From: Planctomicrobium piriforme
Lineage (GTDB): Bacteria; Planctomycetota; Planctomycetia; Pirellulales; UBA1268
Assembly: GCA_945869735.1 (NCBI GenBank)
Contig: CAMBPQ010000013.1
Location: forward strand, 155 to 64,154
DNA: 64,000 nt
Direction: 5' to 3'
Each line of letters begins with the position of its first letter. Positions within the stretch are counted from its first letter, which is position 1. Of this stretch, positions 63,687 through 64,000 are shown one piece after another. Under the pieces are notes generated by a model, which saw only the letters and a program-made list of their open reading frames with translations, ran no database searches and had not been told where the DNA came from. The position numbers were made by a program, and so were the translations under genes.

Positions 63687-63967
63687 GCCCCTCCAGCCGA
63701 TGATCCAACCGTCACTATGTGGGAGTTCCCACATACCGACCGTTGGATAATGCTCGGAAAGACACCTCGCGGCTGCCGCGACGTCGTGGTTTCACTGCGC
63801 CGCACGCCGAAATACGAGGCGATGAAGAAGAATAAGAATAGCCCGGGCATCCGGAGCGGGTTTCTCGAAATGCCCCGCACCCTCGTCGTTGGCGTTTTTC
63901 TCGCGTCTGCGCAGACCGCGTCTAAGTTCGCAGTTTTCCGACATGCGTGGGTCGCGTCCGGCAGCGG

Positions 63968-64000
63968 TCAGAGGCTGTGGATGTCGATCGCCGGCAGCTC
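63968..64000 (-). CDS. Possible 3' end of a gene running in from beyond the window
   Basis: ELPAIDIHSL* with GC3-rich codons; only 10 codons visible. Confidence 0.3.
   Translation of the reverse strand, partial: ELPAIDIHSL

Noticed and set aside
63680-63880. 66-aa minus-strand ORF
   Set aside because: Atypical codon use and no recognisable motif

Overview
High-GC window, most likely from a Planctomycetota genome (PEP-CTERM protein, DUF1080, planctomycete-type 'EPLEQR' export motif). It has six parts. (1) 1-8.7 kb: housekeeping genes (glyA-aguB-aguA, DoxX, galM, rhomboid) and a secreted HEXXH protein. (2) 8.7-14.4 kb: polysaccharide genes (GT4, gmd, FkbM, GT4, a decayed GT4). (3) 14.5-17 kb: DUF1080 and a PEP-CTERM gene with a putative sigma-54 promoter and complementary 5'/3' flanks. 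(4) 17-46 kb plus 58.7-62.6 kb: a large redox gene set and the main finding. It includes an exported KatG, a G6PDH fused to a cyclic-nucleotide-binding domain, and a NuoE-NuoF fusion with an NADPH-type E->Q substitution. It also has a multi-Fe-S protein with two cNMP-binding domains in place of a catalytic domain, a His-paired membrane protein, five multiheme cytochromes (35 heme motifs), a tandem GlcG heme-binding protein and a probable outer-membrane barrel. I infer a cyclic-nucleotide-gated NADPH-to-envelope electron conduit. (5) 46-58.6 kb: a capsule-modification island (KpsC-like, sulfotransferases, pyruvyltransferases, an A-T-hydrolase protein) that appears to split the redox set. (6) The end: an IS3-family stub and a hicBA pair with a frameshifted toxin. 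A ~175-bp repeat with imperfect terminal inverted repeats occurs five times. All family calls come from motif recognition by eye; no database search was run.
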